Program-made: the position numbers and the translations under genes
The notes under the pieces: model-generated
What the model saw: the letters and a program-made list of their open reading frames with translations, nothing else
Databases searched by the model: none
Told to the model about the DNA's origin: nothing
From: Lama glama
Lineage: Eukaryota
NCBI GenBank assembly: GCA_028534125.1
Contig: CM052816.1
Location: 50,036,001-50,100,000, forward strand
Direction: 5' to 3'
Length of the DNA stretch: 64,000 nucleotides
Part shown: positions 24,359 through 38,589 of the stretch, piece by piece
Position numbering within the stretch: the first letter of the stretch is position 1
How the letters are laid out: the number at the start of each line of letters is the position of its first letter

Positions 24359-24514
24359 GGCGGAGGGGCTTAAGTGACAGAGACAGAGCACATGCTTAAT
24401 ATATACAAGGTCCTGGGTTCAAGTTCCAGTACCTCCTCTAGAAATAAATAAACAAGTAAACCTAATTAGCCTCCCCCCAAAAATAAAAATAAATTAAAAT
24501 TTAATAAAAAAAAA
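24359..24514 (+). mobile_element. Camelid tRNA-derived SINE (Vic-1-like), diverged
   Basis: agagcacatgctta...caaggtcctgggttcaa (B-box region)...ccagtacctcc...aaataaataaa...cctaattagcctcccccc plus A tail. Confidence 0.8.
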
Positions 24515-25539
24515 GCAATGTTTAAAAAGAGAGAGAGAGACCTACTCCAGGGAAGACTGTACAAAGTTTGTCATCACCATTCTCTGGTCCCTTTTCTGCT
24601 CTTTGTCCCTGCCCTCTCCCCCTCCAGCTTATGTGTCTTCTGGCTGATCCTTATCATAACAAACTGCCATAGGGATCCTGATAAGCATCTTAAGCTCAAT
24701 GTTCTCATGCCGTAGACCTGTCACTCAAACAGCTAAGCCCTGGTAGAGCCTGCAACAGAGCCTAGGGCTCTTTCCTACATCTTACCTGTTCTGCAACAGG
24801 CCACTCCTGCCAGCAATGCTCAGTGCTTTATAATCTGCAGTGTCAGGCCTCTAAAAGCAAGCAAACTGACAAAAAACATTGTTCTAAAGGCCATGTTGGG
24901 GATTTAGGCTAATGTAATGGCCCTCATTCACTCAAAGTGTCACACGTTACACATCTTTTTTGGGGTTCTCTGAATTTCAGCCAGGGCCTTCTGGCATCTA
25001 GTACCTCAACAACCCAGCCACCCCCAAAATAAGAATGGTGGAAATTTATTATGTTCTGGCAGGCTCATTAGAAAATTATTTTGTGGGAAGCCAGTGGATT
25101 TTTGGTGTCTGCTCAATTTTCAACATTATGCCACATAAGTCATCATCTACTCACAATGCTGGAATATAAGTAAATAGTACCTAAAAAAAATCAGAAGTTT
25201 CACTTCTAAAATACTACAAGATGATTTACAGTTAACCTCAGAAAAAAATTAGAAGTCTCAGTCCCTTGTACAAGAGTTTTAATCTTTGCCTTAACTCTTT
25301 AATTTATAAAACACTCAGGCCTTCTATTCATTTTGGAATACCTTATGATTATGCTAAACCACACAATAATTTCCAAGTTTCCTATATCACACAGGTGGCA
25401 TTTTATGTATTATATTACTCCACATGGTTCAACACTTTGTAAGTAAGTGAAACTATGGAAGGTTAATATATGCCAAAATTATGCCCAATGTCAGGCAGTA
25501 TCGTATGTGAGAAACACTGGAAAAACTAGTCCGTAGGAG

Positions 25540-25755
25540 CAGTTAGCAGTGGAGTGCACACTTACTTTGGGTCTGCCGTAACTCTAAGTGCTTTATGTGT
25601 CTATTAGGTCAACTGGATAGAGTAGACATTACTATCCCCAACTCACACATAAGGAAATTAGGGCTCAGGGCTTACACAATTTGCTCAAGGCTACAGAGCT
25701 AGCAAACTCAAGAGAACCAGATCTCTTTCACATGAAAGCTTGTTCCTAACTACTG
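25540..25755 (-). mobile_element. MIR SINE
   Basis: ctctaagtgcttta...attactatccccaactcacacataaggaaattagggctcag...aatttgctcaaggctacagagctagcaa. Confidence 0.65.
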
Positions 25756-27669
25756 TTAATATCCCCTAGCCCAGGGCATTTGGGCATTAGTTTTGAGTTT
25801 AAAGTAAAAAGCTTGAGAGAATCAGGAAACTGCTACCTCTTGTAGCTTTTGAGTCACGTCTAGAGTCAAGTCCCAGGGTGGGAAGGCCCAGCTCCAGGTG
25901 TCCTTCCAAGGCACTGGGTAGACAGATGTTCCCTAGGGCCTCAGGCACTGCTGAGCACTTAGTCAACAGCACCCTCTCCTCCTCCCAGAAAGAAGACACC
26001 AGAAATATTCAGGGAGGACCTGTTATTGATTGAAGGGGGAATACCATACGTAGGGTATAGATAGATAGGTATTTCTTAAGATTCTATAGTCCTAAGTAAG
26101 AAGATAAAGAATAGAATCTAAAGGAAATGCTTAATAAGCTGAATTTGTGATTCATTTTAATTAAGCCACTATCGTTTCATTTTATGATCTATTCAAAGTG
26201 GGGACATTGATGGCTTTAAAAGTGGTTAAACTTTTCAGTTTCTGAGGATTGGGGCTGACATAAATATGTTCATTTTTCAGTATTAATTCTGCTTGCTGTA
26301 TGATAAAAACGGAACCTGTGTCTATTTTTGGACACTTCACTGTAAAATGTGCACCCTACACATGCCACTGAACAACTAAGTGTCGAGGTCCGTCTGGAGA
26401 CGATGGGCTACTCTCCCTGATGACCTGTGTACCTGAAATGATTCATGATGGTTTATTCAGTACCTCTGGCCTGAGGCTGGAAGGGCTGCTTAAAAGGCAG
26501 CTTTGGCAGCCTTTGCAAGCTGTGTGTGGATGAGAAGGTGCAAGTATGCAGGAGTTCTGGTATCGCTTTCTCATTTTCAAAGCTTGTGCATCCTCAAGAG
26601 ACCTCATCAAGGTCAAAAGCACAATGAGCGAACCAGGGGAAACCCCAGAGAAAGCCAAGACCTGAAAATAACGGCTGGCTCTCCAGGGCTGGGCAGCCCT
26701 GCTGACTTGGCAGGCTAGGAATATCTCGGCGCTCTCAAGAAGGCGGTAAAGTCCTTGGAGGCAGGAGGACGGAAGCAAAAGGGCAAGGCAAGGCAGGAGA
26801 CATGAGACGGGAGCCTGTAAAACCAGGCACAGCTGAAAGTGGAGAGCGGGGTGGGGAGAGGCGCACAGAAGAAGATATACGGGAATAAAGAAATAAGTAG
26901 GTATCTGGTTCTTCAGAAAATAAATATAACCTTGGATACACTTCTAACATTCAAGATTTGAGGACTATATTTCAAAATCTGGAGATTTTTTTTCTTCCAA
27001 AGCATTCACTAAAAACACTTTTCTGATGTCTAGCCTTTGTGTGAACATAAAATACATACATGTTGTTTGAAACACTCTAGAATGGTATATCGTAGGTGTG
27101 TATCTGAATAGAAGCCAGAGATGGGAGGACATTCTAAGTTCTTTGGCCAGAACAGTACAATGAAGGTTACCCGTGTTGCTGGGTAGTCTTCCCGGGAATA
27201 TAATACAGACTTCATGTGTTAGATAGCTCAGCTGGAAAGAGATCAATTTACCTAGCTTGAACTTTTTGCTTTGCATTGATGAAATAGTCACAGTTCTCTG
27301 TCATTTCACTTGCTTCTACATTTTTGACATTTAATGAGGAAGAAAAATAGATTTTATGATGAAATCTATCAGTCATTTATGATGAAGTCATCAGATGACT
27401 ATGGAGTCTGATAGCCAGTATTTCTCATCGATTATGATACACACCCTTCCTTTTACCAGCAGTTTAAAAGCCACAACTACCTTGTAGATGCCCTCTAGGT
27501 ACCAGAGGTAGCTTTCCACGTGGTTCAAGGGCGGTCACTGTTCAACAACGCAGAGAAGCTTGTCACCAATGCTACTTTGTCAGGCACCCTGTGCAGGCAG
27601 CGTATTACATATTTTAAAAATTCCCAAAGCGTTATTAACAGCTCTTTTCTTTTCCCTTTCTAATTATAG

Positions 27670-28041
27670 CAGAAAATGGCCCCCGTCTCCTCGTGGAAGC
27701 AGAACAAGCCAAGGTGTTCTCACATAGAGGTGGCAATGTTACACTGCCGTGTAAATTTTACCGAGACCCTACTGCGTTAGCCTCAGGAACCCACAAAATC
27801 CGAATTAAGTGGACCAAGCTAACTTCAGATTACCTCAAGGAAGTGGACGTTTTTGTTTCCATGGGATACCACAAGAAAACCTATGGAGGCTACCAGGGTA
27901 GAGTGTTTCTGAAAGGAGGCAGTGACAATGATGCTTCTCTGGTGATCACAGACCTTACCCTGGAGGACTATGGGAGATATAAGTGTGAGGTGATTGAAGG
28001 ATTAGAAGATGACACCGCTGTGGTAGCATTAGATTTACAAG
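27670..28041 (+). CDS. HAPLN1: HAPLN1 coding exon 2 of 4: Ig V-type domain
   Basis: Polypyrimidine tract plus TAG acceptor at 27667-27669. Translates (A)ENGPRLLVEAEQAKVFSHRGGNVTLPCKFY...KWTKL...DYGRYKCEVIEGLEDDTAVVALDLQ with the Ig Cys-Trp-Cys pattern. Donor G/GTAAGT at 28042; 372 nt. Confidence 0.98.
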
Positions 28042-31000
28042 GTAAGTATCCATACATCATGTTAAACTTAAAATGATAATTAATCATTGCTTTTTTTTCC
28101 ATGACAAAGAATGTCTAGTGGTTACCACAGTACTGATATGAGAAACCAAAAGTCCACATATAGCATGTTTTTCTGTTCTTTTCTATTTTGCAGTTTGTCT
28201 ACCATTCCAGCTCTCATATTGGAAATGTATACACAGTGGTTATATGCAAAACGGAGGCTATTTGCAAGTAGGAGAAACATGCAGTGGAACTGAATTACAA
28301 TATTCAGAAACTGCTTTATGCCATTCAAAATTTAAATCTCATTACACAGTTATTGAGAAATTCAGAGTGGAGGCTTTTTTATTACACTTCTAAAATTATT
28401 GCAGTTTCAAAATAAATGGCAAGTTTCGTGAAGGACAACTGCTCACTAAAATAGATTTAACTGCATTCTATAAAGTAACTGTGAAAACTTAAAAAAAAAG
28501 TCACCTCTAGATTTATTTAAATATTCTTATGGAGAAGTAATTTTTTTAATAGTCCAGAGTCTCTTAGACATTGAGTACCAAATGTTCATTTCAGGGGGGG
28601 AATTTTCTTAAATATGTAATACATTCAGTAGGTTCAAAGACCAAAACGTATACAGCTAAACAATAAAACATAGCTGTGCCATCCTGTCTCCTCTCTGCCC
28701 AACACCTACCTCTATGCCTTGCTAGCAGGAAAACTCTTCTCCTTAGTTCCCCATGTATCTCAAGATATTTTATATCTTATATTCACGAATTTCAGTGTTT
28801 CTTTACACTGAAGGGTGCATTTTGGCTGCATTGACAAAATGCTTTTCTTCCTTATGTGCGTAAACTATCAGTGTGTGTTTGCTAGAAACTCCTTTCACGT
28901 TGCAGCGCAGATTTGTGGCTTTTGGAAAAATATCTGTTTGATCCACTATCACATACCTGAAGATCAGACCTTCTGAATCCCATAGAGTACCATCACACGT
29001 ATGCACGTTTATTATATGTATCTGATACATTGCACGCTGTTGTAAAGTGCATTTCTGTGACCTTCTCTTATCTCTCTTAGTTGTAGTTCTTGGCTCCTGA
29101 TTGCATGCCACCTTGTCCTTTCAGTTTTTATTGATTCACTTTAATATCCATGAAAATTGGTATTATTCAGGATGAAAGAAGCAGTTGGCTTAGAGAAGAC
29201 AACCATCAAATATTAATTGCAGGTCAGTTTATTTTTATCAAAGGGGCATCAGGCCATCAGGCAAAGGACAGAGCCTTGAACTAGTACTACCAAGATGCTT
29301 ACGTTAGTCCCGACTTTGCCGGAGTAAGTTTTGTAACCAGAGCAAGTTACTTATCCTTATTGTACTTTGGCATCCTCATCTATGAATGAACTATATTATC
29401 CGCTAAGTTATGTTTTCTTCTAAAAGTCTATGTTTATATACCACAGTATTTCATAACCTTAAGTAATTTACATGCCATATTTATTATCTCCCTACATTTA
29501 TTTTAAAATAAATTTTAAATAAATAGAAACCAGTATAACTTGCCAGAAATAGAAGGAAACCATAAAAATAAATATAATGAATACAAGATATTTCTAAATT
29601 ATAACTGAATACCTGCTTCAAGTATGGCTTTGAGCATGAACCCTGCTCTCCCTTTGTTTGAAAAGAAGATTCAGCACATGTTAAGAGGACAATACACTGG
29701 AGGGTCAAAGGAGATGTCTTTTAAGGTACAATTAGAGATGCTGAGGGAACTGTAAGAGGAGGGATTTTTCCTGCCTAGGCCTTGCACTCTCCCAAATCTC
29801 CATGTTTTCCATTCTTTTGGAACACTTCTCTACCACATAATACATATGCATGTGACCTAAGTCAATATGTCCAAGAAACCAATGTAATTGATAAATATTC
29901 TTTACAAGTGCTGTTTTGGTGCCACGAGACACAAAAAAATTCCAACTCTTGGTTCCTTTTATTCAGCAATCTTACAGTCTATTAAAGATTCTAAGAGACT
30001 TTCAAAAGTAAAAACTTTAAAATAAGGTAGAATTTGGTAAACTAACTAGGTACAAACAAATTGCTCTAATCAAACGCACTATTTATTTTGCTCACTTTCA
30101 GTAATCCCCCCTTCACAGATGAGACTTAGAGAAAGCTCCCTGTCTAAGGTAACACGGCTAGGAATAAGGGGTAGAGCTGGAATTGGATACCAAGGGCACT
30201 GATGAAGCCTATGCTTTTGTCTGCTAGGATCTGGGGAGGGTGCAGGAAGGAGAACATTTCTGTTGCAGGGCGGGGGGTGGAGGTCGCAGAAAGGCAGCGA
30301 TGTTTGGCAGCTTCAGTTCTTCTGTTTTCTGAGGATTCTTAAGGGCCCCAAAGTTACTTGGGAGATGACCTAGGGACTGTCCTTTGGCCATACTGCATTA
30401 AATGTGCCTATGGCAGCTGTTAAATTCCCCTCACTGCAGAGAGTGTTTTTCCATCTCTCTTGTGTACTGTGGAAGGGGTGGAAATAGTCATTAACCAGCG
30501 GATCTGTCCTGAAAGAACTGACATTTTCACATTTTACATTATATACACGAATCCATTTCTGAACAACTGAAGAAAATATAATCCTTCAAGAATAAGATTA
30601 AATATCAGCTCTACCCTGAGCACCCCACCTCCCCCCAGTTTTAATGTTTTCAAGAGCACTATATACAGATTTCCATTATAGCTCTATTCACATTTTGTTT
30701 TGTAAATATTTGCACACTCATCTGACTTCATCTGCTAAACAGGATCTACTTGAAGGCAGTCAAGTGCCAAAAACAAAGTTGATACTCAGTAAATAGTTTA
30801 TCGGTGACTGATACATTGGGTTTATATTTTCAAATACAAAAAAGTGTGCATGCAGTGGAGGGGCTGTGGAAAGCACGCCAAAAGAAGAGATAATTGATTT
30901 TGGTCATGAAAGGTGAACCTGGTTCTTTCAAAGGGTAAAGAGCACGACAAAGCAGGAAAGAGGACACCACAGGTATGAGGGAGAAACTCTTCCAAGGCCA

Positions 31001-31297
31001 AAACGTGAATCACAGATGCCACAGACAGCATCCAGCTTGACTGGTTTAAGGCTCAGCTTGGCAATAGGGTATGATAAAAAATTTTTACCTTTTTATTATA
31101 ACCAATTTCAAACATTTCAAAAAGTACAAAGATTAGTATAATGACTCCCCAAAAGCATCACCCAGCTTCAAAAAATGTCATGATATAGCCAATCTCATTT
31201 TATTTTGCTTTATTTACTCCTACTCCCACTGTAATTTTCAAGAAAAACTCAGGACATCATGTTATCTATATATACTTCAATATGAGGTAAAAAATCG

Positions 31298-31433
31298 TAT
31301 TTTATTTTGGGGGGGAGGTAGTAAGGTATATTTATTTATTTATTTATTTTAAATGGAGGTACTGTACTGGGGATTGAACCAGGACCTCATGCATGCTAAG
31401 CATGCACTCTGTCACTGAGCTATACCCTTCCCC
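31298..31433 (-). mobile_element. Camelid tRNA-derived SINE (Vic-1-like)
   Basis: Reverse complement reads ggggaagggtatagctcagtgacagagtgcatgcttagcatgcatgaggtcctggttcaatcccc. It appears to sit inside an older antisense L1M relic (about 31085-31500). Confidence 0.85.
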
Positions 31434-34400
31434 AAGAAGTAATATTTTAAAATAAAGTTACAAAAAAAATTTTTAAGATAGCCACAGTACTATTACAGAA
31501 TAAAATCTGAGGAACCTTGGTTGCCAACCTGAGGATGGACATTGTGAGGAACTTGACAATTTCCACACAGTCTGGGGTAGATGTTCCAGGTGCAGCAACT
31601 ATATACATAAGAGGTGAAGGCTATGGTAAACCACATGGAGCAAGAGATACTTTGTGGTTACCATTTATTAGCTTTTATTCCAGGTTCTGACCTTTGCAAT
31701 TACATCCTTACATGTGACCATCTACCAATCGGGCAAGCAAGTTGCACTCAAGCTTCTTGTTGATTTTCTAAGATGCATAAATAAGACCAGGGAAGCATAT
31801 CATTTTAAATGTCATGATTAAGCTGCCTTTCCAACTGTAATTGTACAATGTCTTTAATCATATTGGCCCTTTAATACCAGATTAGATGCTATGTCCTTCA
31901 AAGAATTTTTCCAATTAGGAAAAAATCCTTCTTCTTCAAGATGCCCAAACTGTATGGTTTGTATTTTAAGGATATTCTATCTTGGATTCAGATTTATATA
32001 TGATATACATATCAAGTCATAGACTCTTTGCAGGAAGAGGCCACACCCCAAACTCAAGGTATCCTACAGTGCTGAGCACAATGCCTTGCTCTTAGTTGTG
32101 ATTTTTCTTTTAATTTTTAAAAAATCAAATTTTATTTTCCATGAATAAAAGAACAAAAACAATTTATTTGGGAAGTCAAGTAAGTAAAATCTTTTAATAA
32201 AAATTAAAAAACCCAGTTACTAGTGTAACAACTCTGACAGTTAATAATAAAGCTATAGTTCCACACATGTAGAGGTCTCCTGCTTCTCTGTAATTTGCTC
32301 TTGCCCATTAACCTTTTCCCCTTGTTTCTTTCCCTGTAAGATAAACCTGCAGCACAGTTTCATTATAAATCAAAAAAAAAAAAAAGTTCATTCTACAGGC
32401 AAAATTCTAAAAAGACAATTTCATCAAAATTCTAAAAAGCTAGTCTCTTCATAGAGAATTATGGTAAGTGTAATTTCTAACAAAAATTTCTCTGGAATAA
32501 ACTTTTTAAAACATGCTTTACTCAAAGCCACTGTGGCTCTGTGTTCCCGCATTAAAATGTCTGATTATAGAGACTAACTAAATAAAACTTGCTAGAAGGG
32601 TAGATAGAGACTCACAATGAGGGAAGACCTCACATGTTCTACAGCAACATTCATTCATTCATTCACTCTCCTATGCTGAGGATACAGTGGAGATGAAGAC
32701 AGGCAAGGGCTGTGCCATCATGGAGTTAAGTGTTTATCTTAGTTGTGATTTAAGATCTATTTTTCAAATCACAGTGATTAAAAAAAAAAACAACTAAGTC
32801 CTTTTGAAAGACTGACCCATGTGTAAGTGGGAATTAGTTGTGGAAATACAATTTTTTTCACATAGAATCCTGGATAGGGTAAAGCCCTCTGATTACTACC
32901 AGGCAATCACACTGCTAGAAACAGCACCCAGCAAGAGACAAGCCTGATATGCATGTAACACAGAGAGTATCACTAGACATGCTTAATTAGCCTGGGCTAC
33001 AGAATTCATCTGAGCAATCAACACCTACTAAGATAATGATATGGAAAACGTGGTATTTGTGCTTCCCACCTTCCACTATATTGGACTTCCATTGATGAAA
33101 ATGGGGCCAAATCCACAAAACCATAGTCTGAGAACTTTCAGAAATGGAAAACTAATTTCAGATGTGTACATAGTGCTGATAGGCACTCTGAGAGGCACTG
33201 AGGGAGGTAAAATTGTGCCGCATGGTCTTTACCTTTTTATTACCCAAAATACTTACTTTACGGAGTTACTGAAATTTCCTTTACTTTTTACATGTACCAT
33301 GGCATGAAAACTTTTCATATGTCCAACAAGTTGATATATGCCAACAACTAGGATGAATGGAACTATGCAATTCTATCTTAAAGAATGTGTTTTTAAAACA
33401 TATTTCAATTGACTAAACTACTCACATCATGTGATATTATTCTTTTCCATGTGTTGTATCATCCTTATTAATCCCCTTTGTAGTGATGCATACCAGCCCT
33501 TCATGGAAAAGTAAAGAGCTACTGATTACATACTTTGATATCTAAGTATAAAATTATCATACTTGGAAAGTAATCATACACCCTTCCTTCTCACAAATGA
33601 AAATTAAACTTTTCTTATTTTTGTGATGCCAGATGAAAGCAATCACCATTCGCTCCATAATTCAACTGTAGGAATTGCACATTCTTCCATAAAGCCAAGA
33701 AGGTTTCTGCAATTATAGTCTTAGCTGTTGAAATCTTAACTAGCTGGAAGTAAGATAAGTAAATAAATAAAATACTAACAAACACGTAGTTCCAGAAATG
33801 ACCTCACTTGTACAAAACATGTGATTGTTGAAATGTGTGCACTAAATGTGTATAATACAGTGAAACTTTTAAATGTTGGTGAAGACATAGAAGTCGACTT
33901 TAATTTACTTGGAATGTGTTCTTTCTAGCAGCATCAAACATTAATTAAAATCTGCTAAGTAAATCCTTGGAGTTACTATAATAATAAGTTGACCATTTAT
34001 TCTTACAATTGAAAAATAGTAAAATTTTAATATAGGATTTCACTTTGACTTTGCCTGAAATTATGTTAAATTTAAAAGGAACTCAAAAATATATTACACT
34101 GGATTTGGAACTGAATCAAACATAATTCAATGGTTAATCAAGGACAAATTACTAAAGAAAAAATTTTCCGAGTGCTTATGGGAGTCTACCAAATGCAGTC
34201 TGGTGAATTTGCACTGGGAGGCTGTCTAGGTCTTTAAAATTATTAAGTTAAAATATCCTACATTCTCCACTGTTACCATCTTAAGCCATTTGGAAAATGG
34301 AATTCCACCTAAATGGTTGAATTCAGGTTTAGATACTTTGATATTTTCTCTCACTTAAGGTCTAGCTGCCAAGGAAATGTCTACTGGGTAAATTAGATAT

Positions 34401-35916
34401 TTTCCTTTTTAATCAGCATTCCTGGGATTGCTGAGGGAAGAGGACAGCAGGTGTGAGGGGCAGGGTAACTACAGCAGCTCCTTCCAGCGCAAACTCTGCT
34501 CTTCTCTGAATGCCTGGGCACAGCCCTTCTTAGAAGGAGTGGGCTTCCCCCATCCCCATCCTCCCATCACTGCAGGGGGCAAAGGCAAACCACAGAGGCT
34601 TTTCCTTCTTCCACTGGCTCCAATTCAGCTTACAGATCCCTCAGCCAAGAACCTGAGGAGGCAAGATGAGATCAGGAAGCCTTCCTGGATCTCGGCCTCT
34701 AGTGGATGGTGCCAGCTGGACTGCCCCGGAGGGACAAACGTGTCCTGCAGAGGCCTTCAGTGGACGCGACTTGATTTAGGCTATTGAATTGTCCTCTTGA
34801 AGAGTCTTCCAGGACAAGTTATAAAAGAAAACATTTCCTGTGTACTGGTTACTACCAGTGAATTGTGCATTCATCTTGAATAGGGTCTGCACTCACAAAA
34901 TAGCACATTTGGTATAATCCACCAAATTACTGTGTCAGTCGGACAGTTTTTTACATTCTACATGCTAAAATATTAATTACATCTAATTATTTTAAAAAAT
35001 TCAAGGCAAAGCTTTGAATAACCATTCAAAATTAATTATCTTAGCAACCATGGGAGAGCCATTTTGATACAGTGGTCCTTCATAAAGTCTAACACTTTGC
35101 TTTCTTACCATGCAATCCTTCTCCTTTAATGAAATTGTGCAGAAAGTTGTGAGACAGCTCAATCACCTCCCATGATTATTTGACAGAAAGAAATGCTTTT
35201 GGAAAGCCAGTACATCTTCCCAGGCAAAGCCAAGTGCCAAGTCACAGTGTTTACATTTCCTAAAGGTTTTTGTCCTCTAAAATATTTAATTCTTTGGCAT
35301 TAACTTAATCAGAGGATGTCTATTTTATTCCTACCTTGTATAGGACAAGCTTCTGAAAGTCCCCCCTCTCCATTTGCAAAATAAAATGTTTTTAAAAGCT
35401 TGGTTTCAGTTTGCAATACATAAATATGGAAGCTGAAAAGTGTAATACAAATATTTTAAAAAGAAAGTCATTATTCTAGTCACACTGTTCACAGGCAGAA
35501 AAAAGTACGGCAAAGAGCTATACTAAAAGTAGAAACAGATAAGAGAGCCATGATGCTTCTTGTGGAGGGGCCTCACTATAAAAAACTGTCTTATTAACAA
35601 GAAATAAGACTGCTTTATTAGGTTTTTGTTAGATATACAAAAGGTAAATCCTCAGGGAGGGCTATCTGGGAACCATAATCTGCAGATGAATCATTTAAGA
35701 AAGGAGAATTGTGAGGCTTGAGTTGAACTCTTAGCAAAAGAGGTAAATCACCTAGTTATCAGACCAATCAGCTAACTGTGAGACGCTCAGAGCTGAGAGG
35801 CTGTTAGGAGCAAAATGGGACCAGGAGAAAATATTGCAAGTTGAACAAAAACTGCTCCTTCTTCTGATGGAGATTCTACTATGTTTTTTCCCAAGTCAAG
35901 TGGAACTTGCTCATAG

Positions 35917-36330
<414 letters not shown>

Positions 36331-36857
36331 TAAACTTTTAATCTTATCTACTTAAAAAAAAAGGAAAAAGCTTTGAAGTATCGCTTCAGATATAAAAAGT
36401 TCTTTAATGTCCTGATTTTTAAAAATTCACAGACGTCAAGCATAAGTGCATGTTTCCATTATTCTTTGCTTTTATTGCATCCAACTGTTACGATGAAATA
36501 GTTTAACTGTCATGTTGTATGGAGTCTTTTTTCTTACTGCCAAAGATGCTGCTGCCACTCTGTGCCTCCACGGGCATAGATCTCTCCATGACGTAAGGGC
36601 GGCTTCTGTGTTATGCTCTCCTCTTCTCTAAGTTACACTGTCAATTTATTCATAGATGATCAGCAAGGCTTAGCATAAAGAGAGCTTTATCTCTCTGATA
36701 AAGAGAAAGCTCAGGATAAAGAGAACTTGGCAAGAAAATTAAATAGAAATAACGCTGGAGGTAAGAACAGAAGTGAGAGATCCAGGCTGCATCAGTGTTG
36801 ATGATGGATTCATTGAATTCGGCACAAGTCCCCACCCTGTGTTGCTCCATCTAGAAC

Positions 36858-37008
36858 CAGGGACGTAACATATGGGGCCCAGTGCAAAATGAGAATGTGG
36901 ACACCCTGTTCAAAACTTAAGAATTTTAAGATGATGACAGTAGAGCATTAAACCAAGCATGGGGCTCTGTGTAACTGTACAGGTCACAAACCCATGAGGC
37001 AAGCCCTG
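36858..37008 (-). mobile_element. MER45A-like hAT-Tip100 DNA transposon
   Basis: cagg...ggggcccagtgcaaaatgagaatg...aagaattttaagatg...agagcattaaaccaagc...gccctg with CAGG/CCTG ends. Confidence 0.75.
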
Positions 37009-37068
37009 GCCCCAATATTTTATATATTAGGTTCCTGGCAAGATGCTTTGGGGAAAACAGCAGAAGAT

Positions 37069-37272
37069 CAGGGATCAACACTTTCTATAAAGGGTCAGAG
37101 AGTAAATATTTTTGGCTTTGTGGGCCATATGGTCTCTGTTGCAACTACTTGATGCAGCTCTGTAGGTTACAACACAAAAGCAGCCATGAACAATATTAAA
37201 CAGATGGGTGTGGCTGTGTTCCATCTAATAAAACCTCATTTGACTTGTGCACTGTAGTTTGCTGGCCTCAGG
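37069..37272 (+). mobile_element. MER58A-like hAT-Charlie DNA transposon
   Basis: caggg...ctttctataaagggtcagagagtaaatatttttggctttgtgggccatatggtctctgttgcaactact...atgggtgtggctgtgttcca. Confidence 0.85.
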
Positions 37273-38299
37273 CATAGATGATAGAACTAACCCTCTATTA
37301 ATGTTCCAGTGGCCTCTATCCTTCCTCCAAATCACATCCTCTTAGTCTAGAAAGAATTGGCAAGCATTAATTTAGACTTCAATAATCTATGTTTAATAAA
37401 GGCCAGGGGGATGTCACATTACAATGTGTAATCAGACAAGAGAGTCTGATTTTATTCTACCTGAAACTAAAAGTCTGAAAAAGATCTTCAATCAGTGGGT
37501 GTCACTTTAGTTAGTTGATGTCATACTTTATACACTTTTTGTATGTTTAATACAAATTGAAGGAATCCCAGTAATTAACACTATTCAGTATTGGCTGAGA
37601 CTAACTTGCTCTTTCTTGTGAGATCAAGAAATGGTTAGGTGTCAGGGCTCCCATGGAGGGAAGTTGGAAAATAAACAACTCCATCCTCTCTGCTAGTGAG
37701 TGAACAGACTGGGTTCGCATTCTGAGTCCGTATAATTTATGGCAAGTGACTTCCTGTATGTTTTGCATTTTCATACTGTAGTCTTTGAATAAGAATAATG
37801 TCTTATTGATACCTGTAATGAAAAGGACTTGAGGGCTTTTGATTTTTTTTAAATGGACTTTTCTGTCAGGAATGTTTTTTGATCCTTTCACATTCAAATT
37901 GTGCCTCTCCAGAAACTTGCGCTGGGGTTCAGTCTCGCTACAGCTAGAATTTAAATAGCTCTTGCTTTCAACATGGGATTCTGTCTTCTCTAGTGCCACA
38001 GAAGGGCCCTGTTAGTCACTCATTAGTGAGCAGAAACCGCATCTGTCCTTCCCCTTTTCTTTTCTACAGCTCTGAAAGGGCACGTCTGAACACATATTAA
38101 GGGGCCAGGAAAAAAACTAATTTAATGGCGCGCGCCCTAGGGGGCACTACATTTAATTGACCATCCTATGTTTCAAGACCTTTACAGACACTGCCCTACA
38201 TCTCCCTTCACTGAGAACACTTCCGTCTGAGGTTCCACGCATCCCCCCAAGCTCCCCCGCAGACGGGGCCACTGACCCTCCCTCTCCCTCTCCCCGCAG

Positions 38300-38589
38300 G
38301 CCGCTTCTACTACCTGATCCACCCCACCAAGCTGACCTACGACGAAGCGGTGCAGGCCTGTCTCAGTGACGGTGCTCAGATCGCCAAAGTGGGCCAGATA
38401 TTCGCTGCCTGGAAACTCCTGGGATACGACCGCTGCGATGCGGGCTGGCTGGCAGACGGCAGTGTCCGCTACCCCATCTCCAGGCCAAGAAGGCGCTGCA
38501 GTCCCACCGAGGCGGCCGTCCGCTTCGTGGGCTTCCCAGACAAAAAGCATAAGCTGTACGGTGTCTACTGCTTCAGAGCATACAATTGA
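38300..38589 (+). CDS. HAPLN1: HAPLN1 coding exon 4 of 4: Link module 2 and stop codon
   Basis: Branch-like cactgac plus pyrimidine tract and cAG at 38298-38299. Translates (G)RFYYLIHPTKLTYDEAVQAC...CDAGWLADGSVRYPISRPRRRCSP...YGVYCFRAYN*; 290 nt. Joined CDS is 1065 nt with no internal stop. Confidence 0.98.
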
